Shown here: positions 1 through 11,436 of the stretch, in pieces
How the letters are laid out: the number at the start of each line of letters is the position of its first letter
How positions within the stretch are numbered: the first letter of the stretch is position 1
Origin: Asterias rubens
Lineage: Eukaryota
Reading direction: 5' to 3'
Assembly: GCF_902459465.1 (NCBI RefSeq)
Contig: NC_047071.1
Span: 5,456,001 to 5,520,000, forward strand
DNA length: 64,000 nucleotides
Notes under the pieces: generated by a model
The model's input: the letters and a program-made list of their open reading frames with translations, nothing else
The model's database searches: none
What the model was told of the DNA's origin: nothing
Program-made: the position numbers and the translations under genes

Positions 1-16
1 CCCGGGTGGGAACTGA

Positions 17-613
17 CTACTTCTTTGGCTTGGTGGTCTTCTTCGGCTTTGCTGCTTTGGTGGCCTTCTTTGCCTTTGGCTTTGGACTCTTTGCGGCTTT
101 GCTGGGCTTGGCGACTTTCTTTGATGGCTTGGCTGCTGTTTTCTTGGCTGCAACTTTCTTGGTGGGTGTCTTCTTGACGATTTTCTTTGGAGTCTTCTTC
201 TTGGTTATCTTGGTTTTCTTGGCCTTCTCCTTCTTGGCTGCGGCTTTCTCTGCTTTCTTGGCTTTCATCTCTGCTTTCTTTGCTTGATCCTTCTCTTTCT
301 TGGCCTTGGCTCGTTCTTTGACCTTCTCCGCCTGTTCCTTGGCCTTGTCCTTTGCTGGGTCCAATTTGAATGAACCGGAAGCTCCCTTGCCCTTGGTCTG
401 GATAAGAACTCCCTTCTGCACACCGGTATTGAGGGCTTTTCGGATGAAAACGGCCTGCCTGTCCATGTCGACTTGGAATGTGTCCTTGATGTACTTTCTG
501 ATGGCTTGACTGGACGAACCGTTTTTCTCCTTCAGTGCCACGATAGCGGCAACCACCATCTTGATTGCTGGAGGGTGGGCCCGAACGGTTGCAGACTTTT
601 TCACGGTAGCCAT
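17..613 (-). CDS. H1: Histone H1 (198 aa), copy 1
   Basis: Winged-helix globular domain ([28 protein letters not shown]...[13 protein letters not shown]) followed by a K/A/P-rich tail; intronless. Confidence 0.97.
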   Translation of the reverse strand: MATVKKSATVRAHPPAIKMVVAAIVALKEKNGSSSQAIRKYIKDTFQVDMDRQAVFIRKALNTGVQKGVLIQTKGKGASGSFKLDPAKDKAKEQAEKVKERAKAKKEKDQAKKAEMKAKKAEKAAAKKEKAKKTKITKKKTPKKIVKKTPTKKVAAKKTAAKPSKKVAKPSKAAKSPKPKAKKATKAAKPKKTTKPKK

Positions 614-672
614 GATGATAGAGAGAGATGATGCGAGGGAATCGTTTCGTAAGAAGCTTTACAGCGAGCAAT

Positions 673-820
673 ACTGATGAGACCCACCGGACCGTCAGCC
701 TTTTTCAAGGGTCACGGGTGGCTCTGAGCAGCCCCTGGGTCCATTCACGCTGCTCAATCAACCGGCGAGACTCGGCGGTTCGCGTGGAGCTGGAATTTAC
801 TCCAATATTAGTGTGTTTCA
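673..820 (-). promoter_or_regulatory. H1 promoter (repeated in each intact unit)
   Basis: Minus strand: TCAGT initiator-like motif (673-677), TTGAAAAA at the TATA position (701-708), CCAAT-like TCAATCA, and AAACACA H1-box (812-818). Confidence 0.55.
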
Positions 821-1625
821 TTTTTCTTCTGATTTGCAAAATTCTTGTTTAAAATAGCATCGGACAATTTCCCCATAACTGTAGATGTGTTGGTCAAGTT
901 CTAACCTTTCCATGCATACAATTTTCTTTAACGAGGTCTCAATATCTAAGCCTGAAACGACCACTATGAAATGACATTGTTTCCGATAGTGAAATTTTAT
1001 TCATTTTTTTGTCGCATATAATGTTACATCGATTTATGTAACATATGATTATTGCTTCAAATAATGATGATGATCTTAGCAAGTCAATTAATCCAATCAC
1101 GCAATAGTTGTTGTAAAATTGTCTTGCGACAATTTCGAGAAACAAACTCGTTTTTGTTATTTGGGCATTATTGGTGCTTAAGGCAGTGGAGTCGCATGCA
1201 AGTTGATACATTCTTACTATTTCCGCCCTTCTGTGTACCCCCCCGTGTCTCTACTGCCCCCCTTCAGAAAACAAACAAACAAACTAACAAACACCGCATA
1301 TTTATGTAAATTGGTACGTTTGTTTACATCAAATTCATCGTGTTTCGCCATTTTGTTTTGTTGCATAATGCCCCCCTACATCACCGCTGCTTTTATGTAA
1401 ACTTGTGGGTTTGTTTTTATTAGATCCATCGTTTTTCGCCATTTTGTTTCTGTTACATAGTGTTTTTGATCAAACTAGTTACTTATTTATGTAATGTTTA
1501 TGTATTTAATATTTTGGATGTATTTTTTTTATCGAAACAAATAAATTATCTGCCGATGTGATTATTTAATTTTTCAATTATTTTTCCTAGACAAATGCAG
1601 GTAATAGTCTCTTTTTGTAAGTTGT

Positions 1626-1641
1626 GGCTCTGAAAAGAGCC
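1626..1641 (-). terminator. Histone 3' stem-loop of H1 copy 2
   Basis: GGCTCTTTTCAGAGCC followed by ACAAC and a purine-rich downstream element CAAAAAGAGA (1608-1617). Confidence 0.95.
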
Positions 1642-1676
1642 GTTTGGTTTGGTTGATTGTCCCGGGTGGGAACTGA

Positions 1677-2273
1677 CTACTTCTTTGGCTTGGTGGTCTT
1701 CTTCGGCTTTGCTGCTTTGGTGGCCTTCTTTGCCTTTGGCTTTGGACTCTTTGCGGCTTTGCTGGGCTTGGCGACTTTCTTTGATGGCTTGGCTGCTGTT
1801 TTCTTGGCTGCAACTTTCTTGGTGGGTGTCTTCTTGACGATTTTCTTTGGAGTCTTCTTCTTGGTTATCTTGGTTTTCTTGGCCTTCTCCTTCTTGGCTG
1901 CGGCTTTCTCTGCTTTCTTGGCTTTCATCTCTGCTTTCTTTGCTTGATCCTTCTCTTTCTTGGCCTTGGCTCGTTCTTTGACCTTCTCCGCCTGTTCCTT
2001 GGCCTTGTCCTTTGCTGGGTCCAATTTGAATGAACCGGAAGCTCCCTTGCCCTTGGTCTGGATAAGAACTCCCTTCTGCACACCGGTATTGAGGGCTTTT
2101 CGGATGAAAACGGCCTGCCTGTCCATGTCGACTTGGAATGTGTCCTTGATGTACTTTCTGATGGCTTGACTGGACGAACCGTTTTTCTCCTTCAGTGCCA
2201 CGATAGCGGCAACCACCATCTTGATTGCTGGAGGGTGGGCCCGAACGGTTGCAGACTTTTTCACGGTAGCCAT
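1677..2273 (-). CDS. H1: Histone H1, copy 2
   Basis: Identical protein to copy 1. Confidence 0.97.
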   Translation of the reverse strand: MATVKKSATVRAHPPAIKMVVAAIVALKEKNGSSSQAIRKYIKDTFQVDMDRQAVFIRKALNTGVQKGVLIQTKGKGASGSFKLDPAKDKAKEQAEKVKERAKAKKEKDQAKKAEMKAKKAEKAAAKKEKAKKTKITKKKTPKKIVKKTPTKKVAAKKTAAKPSKKVAKPSKAAKSPKPKAKKATKAAKPKKTTKPKK

Positions 2274-3284
2274 GATGATAGAGAGAGATGATGCGAGGGA
2301 ATCGTTTCGTAAGAAGCTTTACAGCGAGCAATACTGATGAGACCCACCGGACCGTCAGCCTTTTTCAAGGGTCACGGGTGGCTCTGAGCAGCCCCTGGGT
2401 CCATTCACGCTGCTCAATCAACCGGCGAGACTCGGCGGTTCGCGTGGAGCTGGAATTTACTCCAATATTAGTGTGTTTCATTTTTCTTCTGATTTGCAAA
2501 ATTCTTGTTTAAAATAGCATCGGACAATTTCCCCATAACTGTAGATGTGTTGGTCAAGTTCTAACCTTTCCATGCATACAATTTTCTTTAACGAGGTCTC
2601 AATATCTAAGCCTGAAACGACCACTATGAAATGACATTGTTTCCGATAGTGAAATTTTATTCATTTTTTTGTCGCATATAATGTTACATCGATTTATGTA
2701 ACATATGATTATTGCTTCAAATAATGATGATGATCTTAGCAAGTCAATTAATCCAATCACGCAATAGTTGTTGTAAAATTGTCTTGCGACAATTTCGAGA
2801 AACAAACTCGTTTTTGTTATTTGGGCATTATTGGTGCTTAAGGCAGTGGAGTCGCATGCAAGTTGATACATTCTTACTATTTCCGCCCTTCTGTGTACCC
2901 CCCGTGTCTCTACTGCCCCCCTTCAGAAAACAAACAAACAAACTAACAAACACCGCATATTTATGTAAATTGGTACGTTTGTTTACATCAAATTCATCGT
3001 GTTTCGCCATTTTGTTTTGTTGCATAATGCCCCCCTACATCACCGCTGCTTTTATGTAAACTTGTGAGTTTGTTTTTATTAGATCCATCGTTTTTCGCCA
3101 TTTTGTTTCTGTAACATAGTGTTTTTGATCAAACTAGTTACTTATTTATGTAATGTTTATGTATTTAATATTTTGGATGTATTTTTTTTAACGAAACAAA
3201 TAAATTATCTGCCGATGTGATTATTTAATTTTTCAATTATTTTTCCTAGACAAATGCAGGCAATAGTCTCTTTTTGTAAGTTGT

Positions 3285-3300
3285 GGCTCTGAAAAGAGCC
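3285..3300 (-). terminator. Histone 3' stem-loop of H1 copy 3
   Basis: GGCTCTTTTCAGAGCC plus downstream element. Confidence 0.95.
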
Positions 3301-3335
3301 GTTTGGTTTGGTTGATTGTCCCGGGTGGGAACTGA

Positions 3336-3932
3336 CTACTTCTTTGGCTTGGTGGTCTTCTTCGGCTTTGCTGCTTTGGTGGCCTTCTTTGCCTTTGGCT
3401 TTGGACTCTTTGCGGCTTTGCTGGGCTTGGCGACTTTCTTTGATGGCTTGGCTGCTGTTTTCTTGGCTGCAACTTTCTTGGTGGGTGTCTTCTTGACGAT
3501 TTTCTTTGGAGTCTTCTTCTTGGTTATCTTGATTTTCTTGGCCTTCTCCTTCTTGGCTGCGGCTTTCTCTGCTTTCTTGGCTTTCATCTCTGCTTTCTTT
3601 GCTTGATCCTTCTCTTTCTTGGCCTTGGCTCGTTCTTTGACCTTCTCCGCCTGTTCCTTGGCCTTGTCCTTTGCTGGGTCCAATTTGAATGAACCGGAAG
3701 CTCCCTTGCCCTTGGTCTGGATAAGAACTCCCTTCTGCACACCGGTATTGAGGGCTTTTCGGATGAAAACGGCCTGCCTGTCCATGTCGACTTGGAATGT
3801 GTCCTTGATGTACTTTCTGATGGCTTGACTGGACGAACCGTTTTTCTCCTTCAGTGCCACGATAGCGGCAACCACCATCTTGATTGCTGGAGGGTGGGCC
3901 CGAACGGTTGCAGACTTTTTCACGGTAGCCAT
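3336..3932 (-). CDS. H1: Histone H1, copy 3 (one T>I change in the tail)
   Basis: KKIKITKKK instead of KKTKITKKK; otherwise identical. Confidence 0.97.
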   Translation of the reverse strand: MATVKKSATVRAHPPAIKMVVAAIVALKEKNGSSSQAIRKYIKDTFQVDMDRQAVFIRKALNTGVQKGVLIQTKGKGASGSFKLDPAKDKAKEQAEKVKERAKAKKEKDQAKKAEMKAKKAEKAAAKKEKAKKIKITKKKTPKKIVKKTPTKKVAAKKTAAKPSKKVAKPSKAAKSPKPKAKKATKAAKPKKTTKPKK

Positions 3933-4944
3933 GATGATAGAGAGAGATGATGCGAGGGAATCGTTTCGTAAGAAGCTTTACAGCGAGCAATACTGATGAG
4001 ACCCACCGGACCGTCAGCCTTTTTCAAGGGTCACGGGTGGCTCTGAGCAGCCCCTGGGTCCATTCACGCTGCTCAATCAACCGGCGAGACTCGGCGGTTC
4101 GCGTGGAGCTGGAATTTACTCCAATATTAGTGTGTTTCATTTTTCTTCTGATTTGCAAAATTCTTGTTTAAAATAGCATCGGACAATTTCCCCATAACTG
4201 TAGATGTGTTGGTCAAGTTCTAACCTTTCCATGCATACAATTTTCTTTACGAGGTCTCAATATCTAAGCCTGAAACGACCACTATGAAATGACATTGTTT
4301 CCGATAGTGAAATTTTATTCATTTTTTTGTCGCATATAATGTTACATCGATTTATGTAACATATGATTATTGCTTCAAATAATGATGATGATCTTAGCAA
4401 GTCAATTAATCCAATCACGCAATAGTTGTTGTAAAATTGTCTTGCGACAATTTCGAGAAACAAACTCGTTTTTGTTATTTGGGCATTATTGGTGCTTAAG
4501 GCAGTGGAGTCGCATGCAAGTTGATACATTCTTACTATTTCCGCCCTTCTGTGTACCCCCCCCGTGTCTCTACTGCCCCCCTTCAGAAAACAAACAAACA
4601 AACTAACAAACACCGCATAGTTATGTAAATTGGTACGTTTGTTTACATCAAATTCATCGTGTTTCGCCATTTTGTTTTGTTGCATAATGCCCCCCTACAT
4701 CACCGCTGCTTTTATGTAAACTTGTGAGTTTGTTTTTATTAGATCCATCGTTTTTCGCCATTTTGTTTCTGTTACATAGTGTTTTTGATCAAACTAGTTA
4801 CTTATTTATGTAATGTTTATGTATTTAATATTTTGGATGTATTTTTTTTATCGAAACAAATAAATTATCTGCCGATGTGATTATTTAATTTTTCAATTAT
4901 TTTTCCTAGACAAATGCAGGTAATAGTCTCTTTTTGTAAGTTGT

Positions 4945-4960
4945 GGCTCTGAAAAGAGCC
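4945..4960 (-). terminator. Histone 3' stem-loop of H1 copy 4
   Basis: GGCTCTTTTCAGAGCC plus downstream element. Confidence 0.95.
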
Positions 4961-4995
4961 GTTTGGTTTGGTTGATTGTCCCGGGTGGGAACTGA

Positions 4996-5592
4996 CTACT
5001 TCTTTGGCTTGGTGGTCTTCTTCGGCTTTGCTGCTTTGGTGGCCTTCTTTGCCTTTGGCTTTGGACTCTTTGCGGCTTTGCTGGGCTTGGCGACTTTCTT
5101 TGATGGCTTGGCTGCTGTTTTCTTGGCTGCAACTTTCTTGGTGGGTGTCTTCTTGACGATTTTCTTTGGAGTCTTCTTCTTGGTTATCTTGGTTTTCTTG
5201 GCCTTCTCCTTCTTGGCTGCGGCTTTCTCTGCTTTCTTGGCTTTCATCTCTGCTTTCTTTGCTTGATCCTTCTCTTTCTTGGCCTTGGCTCGTTCTTTGA
5301 CCTTCTCCGCCTGTTCCTTGGCCTTGTCCTTTGCTGGGTCCAATTTGAATGAACCGGAAGCTCCCTTGCCCTTGGTCTGGATAAGAACTCCCTTCTGCAC
5401 ACCGGTATTGAGGGCTTTTCGGATGAAAACGGCCTGCCTGTCCATGTCGACTTGGAATGTGTCCTTGATGTACTTTCTGATGGCTTGACTGGACGAACCG
5501 TTTTTCTCCTTCAGTGCCACGATAGCGGCAACCACCATCTTGATTGCTGGAGGGTGGGCCCGAACGGTTGCAGACTTTTTCACGGTAGCCAT
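4996..5592 (-). CDS. H1: Histone H1, copy 4
   Basis: Identical protein to copy 1. Confidence 0.97.
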   Translation of the reverse strand: MATVKKSATVRAHPPAIKMVVAAIVALKEKNGSSSQAIRKYIKDTFQVDMDRQAVFIRKALNTGVQKGVLIQTKGKGASGSFKLDPAKDKAKEQAEKVKERAKAKKEKDQAKKAEMKAKKAEKAAAKKEKAKKTKITKKKTPKKIVKKTPTKKVAAKKTAAKPSKKVAKPSKAAKSPKPKAKKATKAAKPKKTTKPKK

Positions 5593-6606
5593 GATGATAG
5601 AGAGAGATGATGCGAGGGAATCGTTTCGTAAGAAGCTTTACAGCGAGCAACACTGATGAGACCCACCGGACCGTCAGCCTTTTTCAAGGGTCACGGGTGG
5701 CTCTGAGCAGCCCCTGGGTCCATTCACGCTGCTCAATCAACCGGCGAGGCTCGGCGGTTCGCGTGGAGCTGGAATTTACTCCAATATTAGTGTGTTTCAT
5801 TTTTCTTCTGATTTGCAAAATTCTTGTTTAAAATAGCATCGGACAATTTCCCCATAACTGTAGATGTGTTGGTCAAGTTCTAACCTTTCCATGCATACAA
5901 TTTTCTTTACGAGGTCTCAATATCTAAGCCTGAAACGACCACTATGAAATGACATTGTTTCCGATAGTGAAATTTTATTCATTTTTTTGTCGCATATAAT
6001 GTTACATCGATTTATGTAACATATGATTATTGCTTTCAAATAATGATGATGATCTTAGCAAGTCAATTAATCCAATCACGCAATAGTTGTTGTAAAATTG
6101 TCTTGCGACAATTTCGAGAAACAAACTCGTTTTTGTTATTTGGGCATTATTGGTGCTTAAGGCAGTGGAGTCGCATGCAAGTTGATACATTCTTACTATT
6201 TCCGCCCTTCTGTGTACCCCCCCCCGTGTCTCTACTGCCCCCCTTCAGAAAACAAACAAACAAACTAACAAACACCGCATAGTTATGTAAATTGGTACGT
6301 TTGTTTACATCAAATTCATCGTGTTTCGCCATTTTGTTTTGTTGCATAATGCCCCCCTACATCACCGCTGCTTTTATGTAAACTTGTGAGTTTGTTTTTA
6401 TTAGATCCATCGTTTTTCGCCATTTTGTTTCTGTTACATAGTGTTTTTGATCAAACTAGTTACTTATTTATGTAATGTTTATGTATTTAATATTTTGGAT
6501 GTATTTTTTTTATCGAAACAAATAAATTATCTGCCGATGTGATTATTTAATTTTTCAATTATTTTTCCTAGACAAATGCAGGTAATAGTCTCTTTTTGTA
6601 AGTTGT

Positions 6607-6622
6607 GGCTCTGAAAAGAGCC
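6607..6622 (-). terminator. Histone 3' stem-loop of H1 copy 5
   Basis: GGCTCTTTTCAGAGCC plus downstream element. Confidence 0.95.
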
Positions 6623-6657
6623 GTTTGGTTTGGTTGATTGTCCCGGGTGGGAACTGA

Positions 6658-7254
6658 CTACTTCTTTGGCTTGGTGGTCTTCTTCGGCTTTGCTGCTTTG
6701 GTGGCCTTCTTTGCCTTTGGCTTTGGACTCTTTGCGGCTTTGCTGGGCTTGGCGACTTTCTTTGATGGCTTGGCTGCTGTTTTCTTGGCTGCAACTTTCT
6801 TGGTGGGTGTCTTCTTGACGATTTTCTTTGGAGTCTTCTTCTTGGTTATCTTGGTTTTCTTGGCCTTCTCCTTCTTGGCTGCGGCTTTCTCTGCTTTCTT
6901 GGCTTTCATCTCTGCTTTCTTTGCTTGATCCTTCTCTTTCTTGGCCTTGGCTCGTTCTTTGACCTTCTCCGCCTGTTCCTTGGCCTTGTCCTTTGCTGGG
7001 TCCAATTTGAATGAACCGGAAGCTCCCTTGCCCTTGGTCTGGATAAGAACTCCCTTCTGCACACCGGTATTGAGGGCTTTTCGGATGAAAACGGCCTGCC
7101 TGTCCATGTCGACTTGGAATGTGTCCTTGATGTACTTTCTGATGGCTTGACTGGACGAACCGTTTTTCTCCTTCAGTGCCACGATAGCGGCAACCACCAT
7201 CTTGATTGCTGGAGGGTGGGCCCGAACGGTTGCAGACTTTTTCACGGTAGCCAT
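6658..7254 (-). CDS. H1: Histone H1, copy 5
   Basis: Identical protein to copy 1. Confidence 0.97.
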   Translation of the reverse strand: MATVKKSATVRAHPPAIKMVVAAIVALKEKNGSSSQAIRKYIKDTFQVDMDRQAVFIRKALNTGVQKGVLIQTKGKGASGSFKLDPAKDKAKEQAEKVKERAKAKKEKDQAKKAEMKAKKAEKAAAKKEKAKKTKITKKKTPKKIVKKTPTKKVAAKKTAAKPSKKVAKPSKAAKSPKPKAKKATKAAKPKKTTKPKK

Positions 7255-8267
7255 GATGATAGAGAGAGATGATGCGAGGGAATCGTTTCGTAAGAAGCTT
7301 TACAGCGAGCAATACTGATGAGACCCACCGGACCGTCAGCCTTTTTCAAGGGTCACGGGTGGCTCTGAGCAGCCCCTGGGTCCATTCACGCTGCTCAATC
7401 AACCGGCGAGACTCGGCGGTTCGCGTGGAGCTGGAATTTACTCCAATATTAGTGTGTTTCATTTTTCTTCTGATTTGCAAAATTCTTGTTTAAAATAGCA
7501 TCGGACAATTTCCCCATAACTGTAGATGTGTTGGTCAAGTTCTAACCTTTCCATGCATACAATTTTCTTTTACGAGGTCTCAATATCTAAGCCTGAAACG
7601 ACCACTATGAAATGACATTGTTTCCGATAGTGAAATTTTATTCATTTTTTTGTCGCATATAATGTTACATCGATTTATGTAACATATGATTATTGTTTCA
7701 AATAATGATGATGATCTTAGCAAGTCAATTAATCCAATCACGCAATAGTTGTTGTAAAATTGTCTTGCGACAATTTCGAGAAACAAACTCGTTTTTGTTA
7801 TTTGGGCATTATTGGTGCTTAAGGCAGTGGAGTCGCATGCAAGTTGATACATTCTTACTATTTCCGCCCTTCTGTGTACCCCCCCCGTGTCTCTACTGCC
7901 CCCCTTCAGAAAACAAACAAACAAACTAACAAACACCGCATAGTTATGTAAATTGGTACGTTTGTTTACATCAAATTCATCGTGTTTCGCCATTTTGTTT
8001 TGTTGCATAATGCCCCCCTACATCACCGCTGCTTTTATGTAAACTTGTGAGTTTGTTTTTATTAGATCCATCGTTTTTCGCCATTTTGTTTCTGTAACAT
8101 AGTGTTTTTGATCAAACTAGTTACTTATTTATGTAATGTTTATGTATTTAATATTTTGGATGTATTTTTTTTATCGAAACAAATAAATTATCTGCCGATG
8201 TGATTATTTAATTTTTCAATTATTTTTCCTAGACAAATGCAGGTAATAGTCTCTTTTTGTAAGTTGT

Positions 8268-8283
8268 GGCTCTGAAAAGAGCC
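8268..8283 (-). terminator. Histone 3' stem-loop of deleted H1 copy 6
   Basis: GGCTCTTTTCAGAGCC retained. Confidence 0.9.
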
Positions 8284-8318
8284 GTTTGGTTTGGTTGATT
8301 GTCCCGGGTGGGAACTGA

Positions 8319-8834
8319 CTACTTCTTTGGCTTGGTGGTCTTCTTCGGCTTTGCTGCTTTGGTGGCCTTCTTTGCCTTTGGCTTTGGACTCTTTGCGGCT
8401 TTGCTGGGCTTGGCGACTTTCTTTGATGGCTTGGCTGCTGTTTTCTTGGCTGCAACTTTCTTGGTGGGTGTCTTCTTGACGATTTTCTTTGGAGTTTTCT
8501 TCTTGGTTATCTTGGTTCTCTTGGCCTTCTCCTTCTTGGCTGCGGCTTTCTCTGCTTTCTTGGCTTTCATCTCTGCTTTCTTTGCTTGATCCTTCTCTTT
8601 CTTGGCCTTGGCTCGTTCTTTGACCTTCTCCGCCTGTTCCTTGGCCTTGTCCTTTGCTGGGTCCAATTTGAATGAACCGGAAGCTCCCTTGCCCTTGGTC
8701 TGGATAAGAACTCCCTTCTGCACACCGGTATTGAGGGCTTTTCGGATGAAAACGGCCTGCCTGTCCATGTCGACTTGGAATGTGTCCTTGATGTACTTTC
8801 TGATGGCTTGACTGGACGAACCGTTTTTCTCCTT
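8319..8834 (-). pseudogene. H1: 5'-deleted histone H1 (copy 6), lacking promoter and codons 1-27
   Basis: H1 sequence ...ttttctcctt joins directly to spacer gtttcgccattttg at 8834/8835, a ~809-bp deletion versus the normal unit. Also carries a K>R change. Confidence 0.92.
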
Positions 8835-9124
8835 GTTTCGCCATTTTGTTTTGTTGCATAATGCCCCCCCCCCCCTACATCACCGCTGCTTTTATGTAAC
8901 CTTGTGGGTTTGTTTTTATTAGATCCATCGTTTTTCGCCATTTTGTTTCTGTTACATAGTGTTTTTGATCAAACTAGTTACTTATTTATGTAATGTTTAT
9001 GTATTTAATATTTTGGATGTATTTTTTTTATCGAAACAAATAAATTATCTGCCGATGTGATTATTTAATTTTTCAATTATTTTTCCTAGACAAATGCAGG
9101 TGATAGTCTCTTTTTGTAAGTTGT

Positions 9125-9140
9125 GGCTCTGAAAAGAGCC
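9125..9140 (-). terminator. Histone 3' stem-loop of H1 copy 7
   Basis: GGCTCTTTTCAGAGCC plus downstream element. Confidence 0.95.
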
Positions 9141-9175
9141 GTTTGGTTTGGTTGATTGTCCCGGGTGGGAACTGA

Positions 9176-9772
9176 CTACTTCTTTGGCTTGGTGGTCTTC
9201 TTCGGCTTTGCTGCTTTGGTGGCCTTCTTTGCCTTTGGCTTTGGACTCTTTGCGGCTTTGCTGGGCTTGGCGACTTTCTTTGATGGCTTGGCTGCTGTTT
9301 TCTTGGCTGCAACTTTCTTGGTGGGTGTCTTCTTGACGATTTTCTTTGGAGTCTTCTTCTTGGTTATCTTGGTTTTCTTGGCCTTCTCCTTCTTGGCTGC
9401 GGCTTTCTCTGCTTTCTTGGCTTTCATCTCTGCTTTCTTTGCTTGATCCTTCTCTTTCTTGGCCTTGGCTCGTTCTTTGACCTTCTCCGCCTGTTCCTTG
9501 GCCTTGTCCTTTGCTGGGTCCAATTTGAATGAACCGGAAGCTCCCTTGCCCTTGGTCTGGATAAGAACTCCCTTCTGCACACCGGTATTGAGGGCTTTTC
9601 GGATGAAAACGGCCTGCCTGTCCATGTCGACTTGGAATGTGTCCTTGATGTACTTTCTGATGGCTTGACTGGACGAACCGTTTTTCTCCTTCAGTGCCAC
9701 GATAGCGGCAACCACCATCTTGATTGCTGGAGGGTGGGCCCGAACGGTTGCAGACTTTTTCACGGTAGCCAT
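9176..9772 (-). CDS. H1: Histone H1, copy 7
   Basis: Identical protein to copy 1. Confidence 0.97.
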   Translation of the reverse strand: MATVKKSATVRAHPPAIKMVVAAIVALKEKNGSSSQAIRKYIKDTFQVDMDRQAVFIRKALNTGVQKGVLIQTKGKGASGSFKLDPAKDKAKEQAEKVKERAKAKKEKDQAKKAEMKAKKAEKAAAKKEKAKKTKITKKKTPKKIVKKTPTKKVAAKKTAAKPSKKVAKPSKAAKSPKPKAKKATKAAKPKKTTKPKK

Positions 9773-10788
9773 GATGATAGAGAGAGATGATGCAAGGGAA
9801 TCGTTTCGTAAGAAGCTTTACAGCGAGCAATACTGATGAGACCCACCGGACCGTCAGCCTTTTTCAAGGGTCACGGGTGGCTCTGAGCAGCCCCTGGGTC
9901 CATTCACGCTGCTCAATCAACCGGCGAGACTCGGCGGTTCGCGTGGAGCTGGAATTTACTCCAATATTAGTGTGTTTCATTTTTCTTCTGATTTGCAAAA
10001 TTCTTGTTTAAAATAGCATCGGACAATTTCCCCATAACTGTAGATGTGTTGGTCAAGTTCTAACCTTTCCATGCATACAATTTTCTTTTACGAGGTCTCA
10101 ATATCTAAGCCTGAAACGACCACTATGAAATGACATTGTTTCCGATAGTGAAATTTTATTCATTTTTTTGTCGCATATAATGTTACATCGATTTATGTAA
10201 CATATGATTATTGTTTCAAATAATGATGATGATCTTAGCAAGTCAATTAATCCAATCACGCAATAGTTGTTGTAAAATTGTCTTGCGACAATTTCGAGAA
10301 ACAAACTCGTTTTTGTTATTTGGGCATTATTGGTGCTTAAGGCAGTGGAGTCGCATGCAAGTTGATACATTCTTACTATTTCCGCCCTTCTGTGTACCCC
10401 CCCCCCCGTGTCTCTACTGCCCCCCTTCAGAAAACAAACAAACAAACTAACAAACACCGCATAGTTATGTAAATTGGTACGTTTGTTTACATCAAATTCA
10501 TCGTGTTTCGCCATTTTGTTTTGTTGCATAATGCCCCCCTACATCACCGCTGCTTTTATGTAAACTTGTGAGTTTGTTTTTATTAGATCCATCGTTTTTC
10601 GCCATTTTGTTTCTGTTACATAGTGTTTTTGATCAAACTAGTTACTTATTTATGTAATGTTTATGTATTTAATATTTTGGATGTATTTTTTTTATCGAAA
10701 CAAATAAATTATCTGCCGATGTGATTATTTAATTTTTCAATTATTTTTCCTAGACAAATGCAGGTAATAGTCTCTTTTTGTAAGTTGT

Positions 10789-10804
10789 GGCTCTGAAAAG
10801 AGCC
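10789..10804 (-). terminator. Histone 3' stem-loop of H1 copy 8
   Basis: GGCTCTTTTCAGAGCC plus downstream element. Confidence 0.95.
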
Positions 10805-10839
10805 GTTTGGTTTGGTTGATTGTCCCGGGTGGGAACTGA

Positions 10840-11436
10840 CTACTTCTTTGGCTTGGTGGTCTTCTTCGGCTTTGCTGCTTTGGTGGCCTTCTTTGCCTTT
10901 GGCTTTGGACTCTTTGCGGCTTTGCTGGGCTTGGCGACTTTCTTTGATGGCTTGGCTGCTGTTTTCTTGGCTGCAACTTTCTTGGTGGGTGTCTTCTTGA
11001 CGATTTTCTTTGGAGTCTTCTTCTTGGTTATCTTGGTTTTCTTGGCCTTCTCCTTCTTGGCTGCGGCTTTCTCTGCTTTCTTGGCTTTCATCTCTGCTTT
11101 CTTTGCTTGATCCTTCTCTTTCTTGGCCTTGGCTCGTTCTTTGACCTTCTCCGCCTGTTCCTTGGCCTTGTCCTTTGCTGGGTCCAATTTGAATGAACCG
11201 GAAGCTCCCTTGCCCTTGGTCTGGATAAGAACTCCCTTCTGCACACCGGTATTGAGGGCTTTTCGGATGAAAACGGCCTGCCTGTCCATGTCGACTTGGA
11301 ATGTGTCCTTGATGTACTTTCTGATGGCTTGACTGGACGAACCGTTTTTCTCCTTCAGTGCCACGATAGCGGCAACCACCATCTTGATTGCTGGAGGGTG
11401 GGCCCGAACGGTTGCAGACTTTTTCACGGTAGCCAT
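10840..11436 (-). CDS. H1: Histone H1, copy 8
   Basis: Identical protein to copy 1. Confidence 0.97.
   Translation of the reverse strand: MATVKKSATVRAHPPAIKMVVAAIVALKEKNGSSSQAIRKYIKDTFQVDMDRQAVFIRKALNTGVQKGVLIQTKGKGASGSFKLDPAKDKAKEQAEKVKERAKAKKEKDQAKKAEMKAKKAEKAAAKKEKAKKTKITKKKTPKKIVKKTPTKKVAAKKTAAKPSKKVAKPSKAAKSPKPKAKKATKAAKPKKTTKPKK

Noticed and set aside
674-730. CTGATGA in the H1 promoter as a hammerhead core
   Set aside because: No GAAA follows the putative stem II and no stem I/III can be formed.
1546-2331. 261-aa alternative-frame ORF and several antisense ORFs overlapping every H1 copy
   Set aside because: Non-ATG start (TTG/GTG), low-complexity product, runs through the stem-loop; explained by Lys/Ala codon bias. 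Its conservation only reflects array homogeneity.
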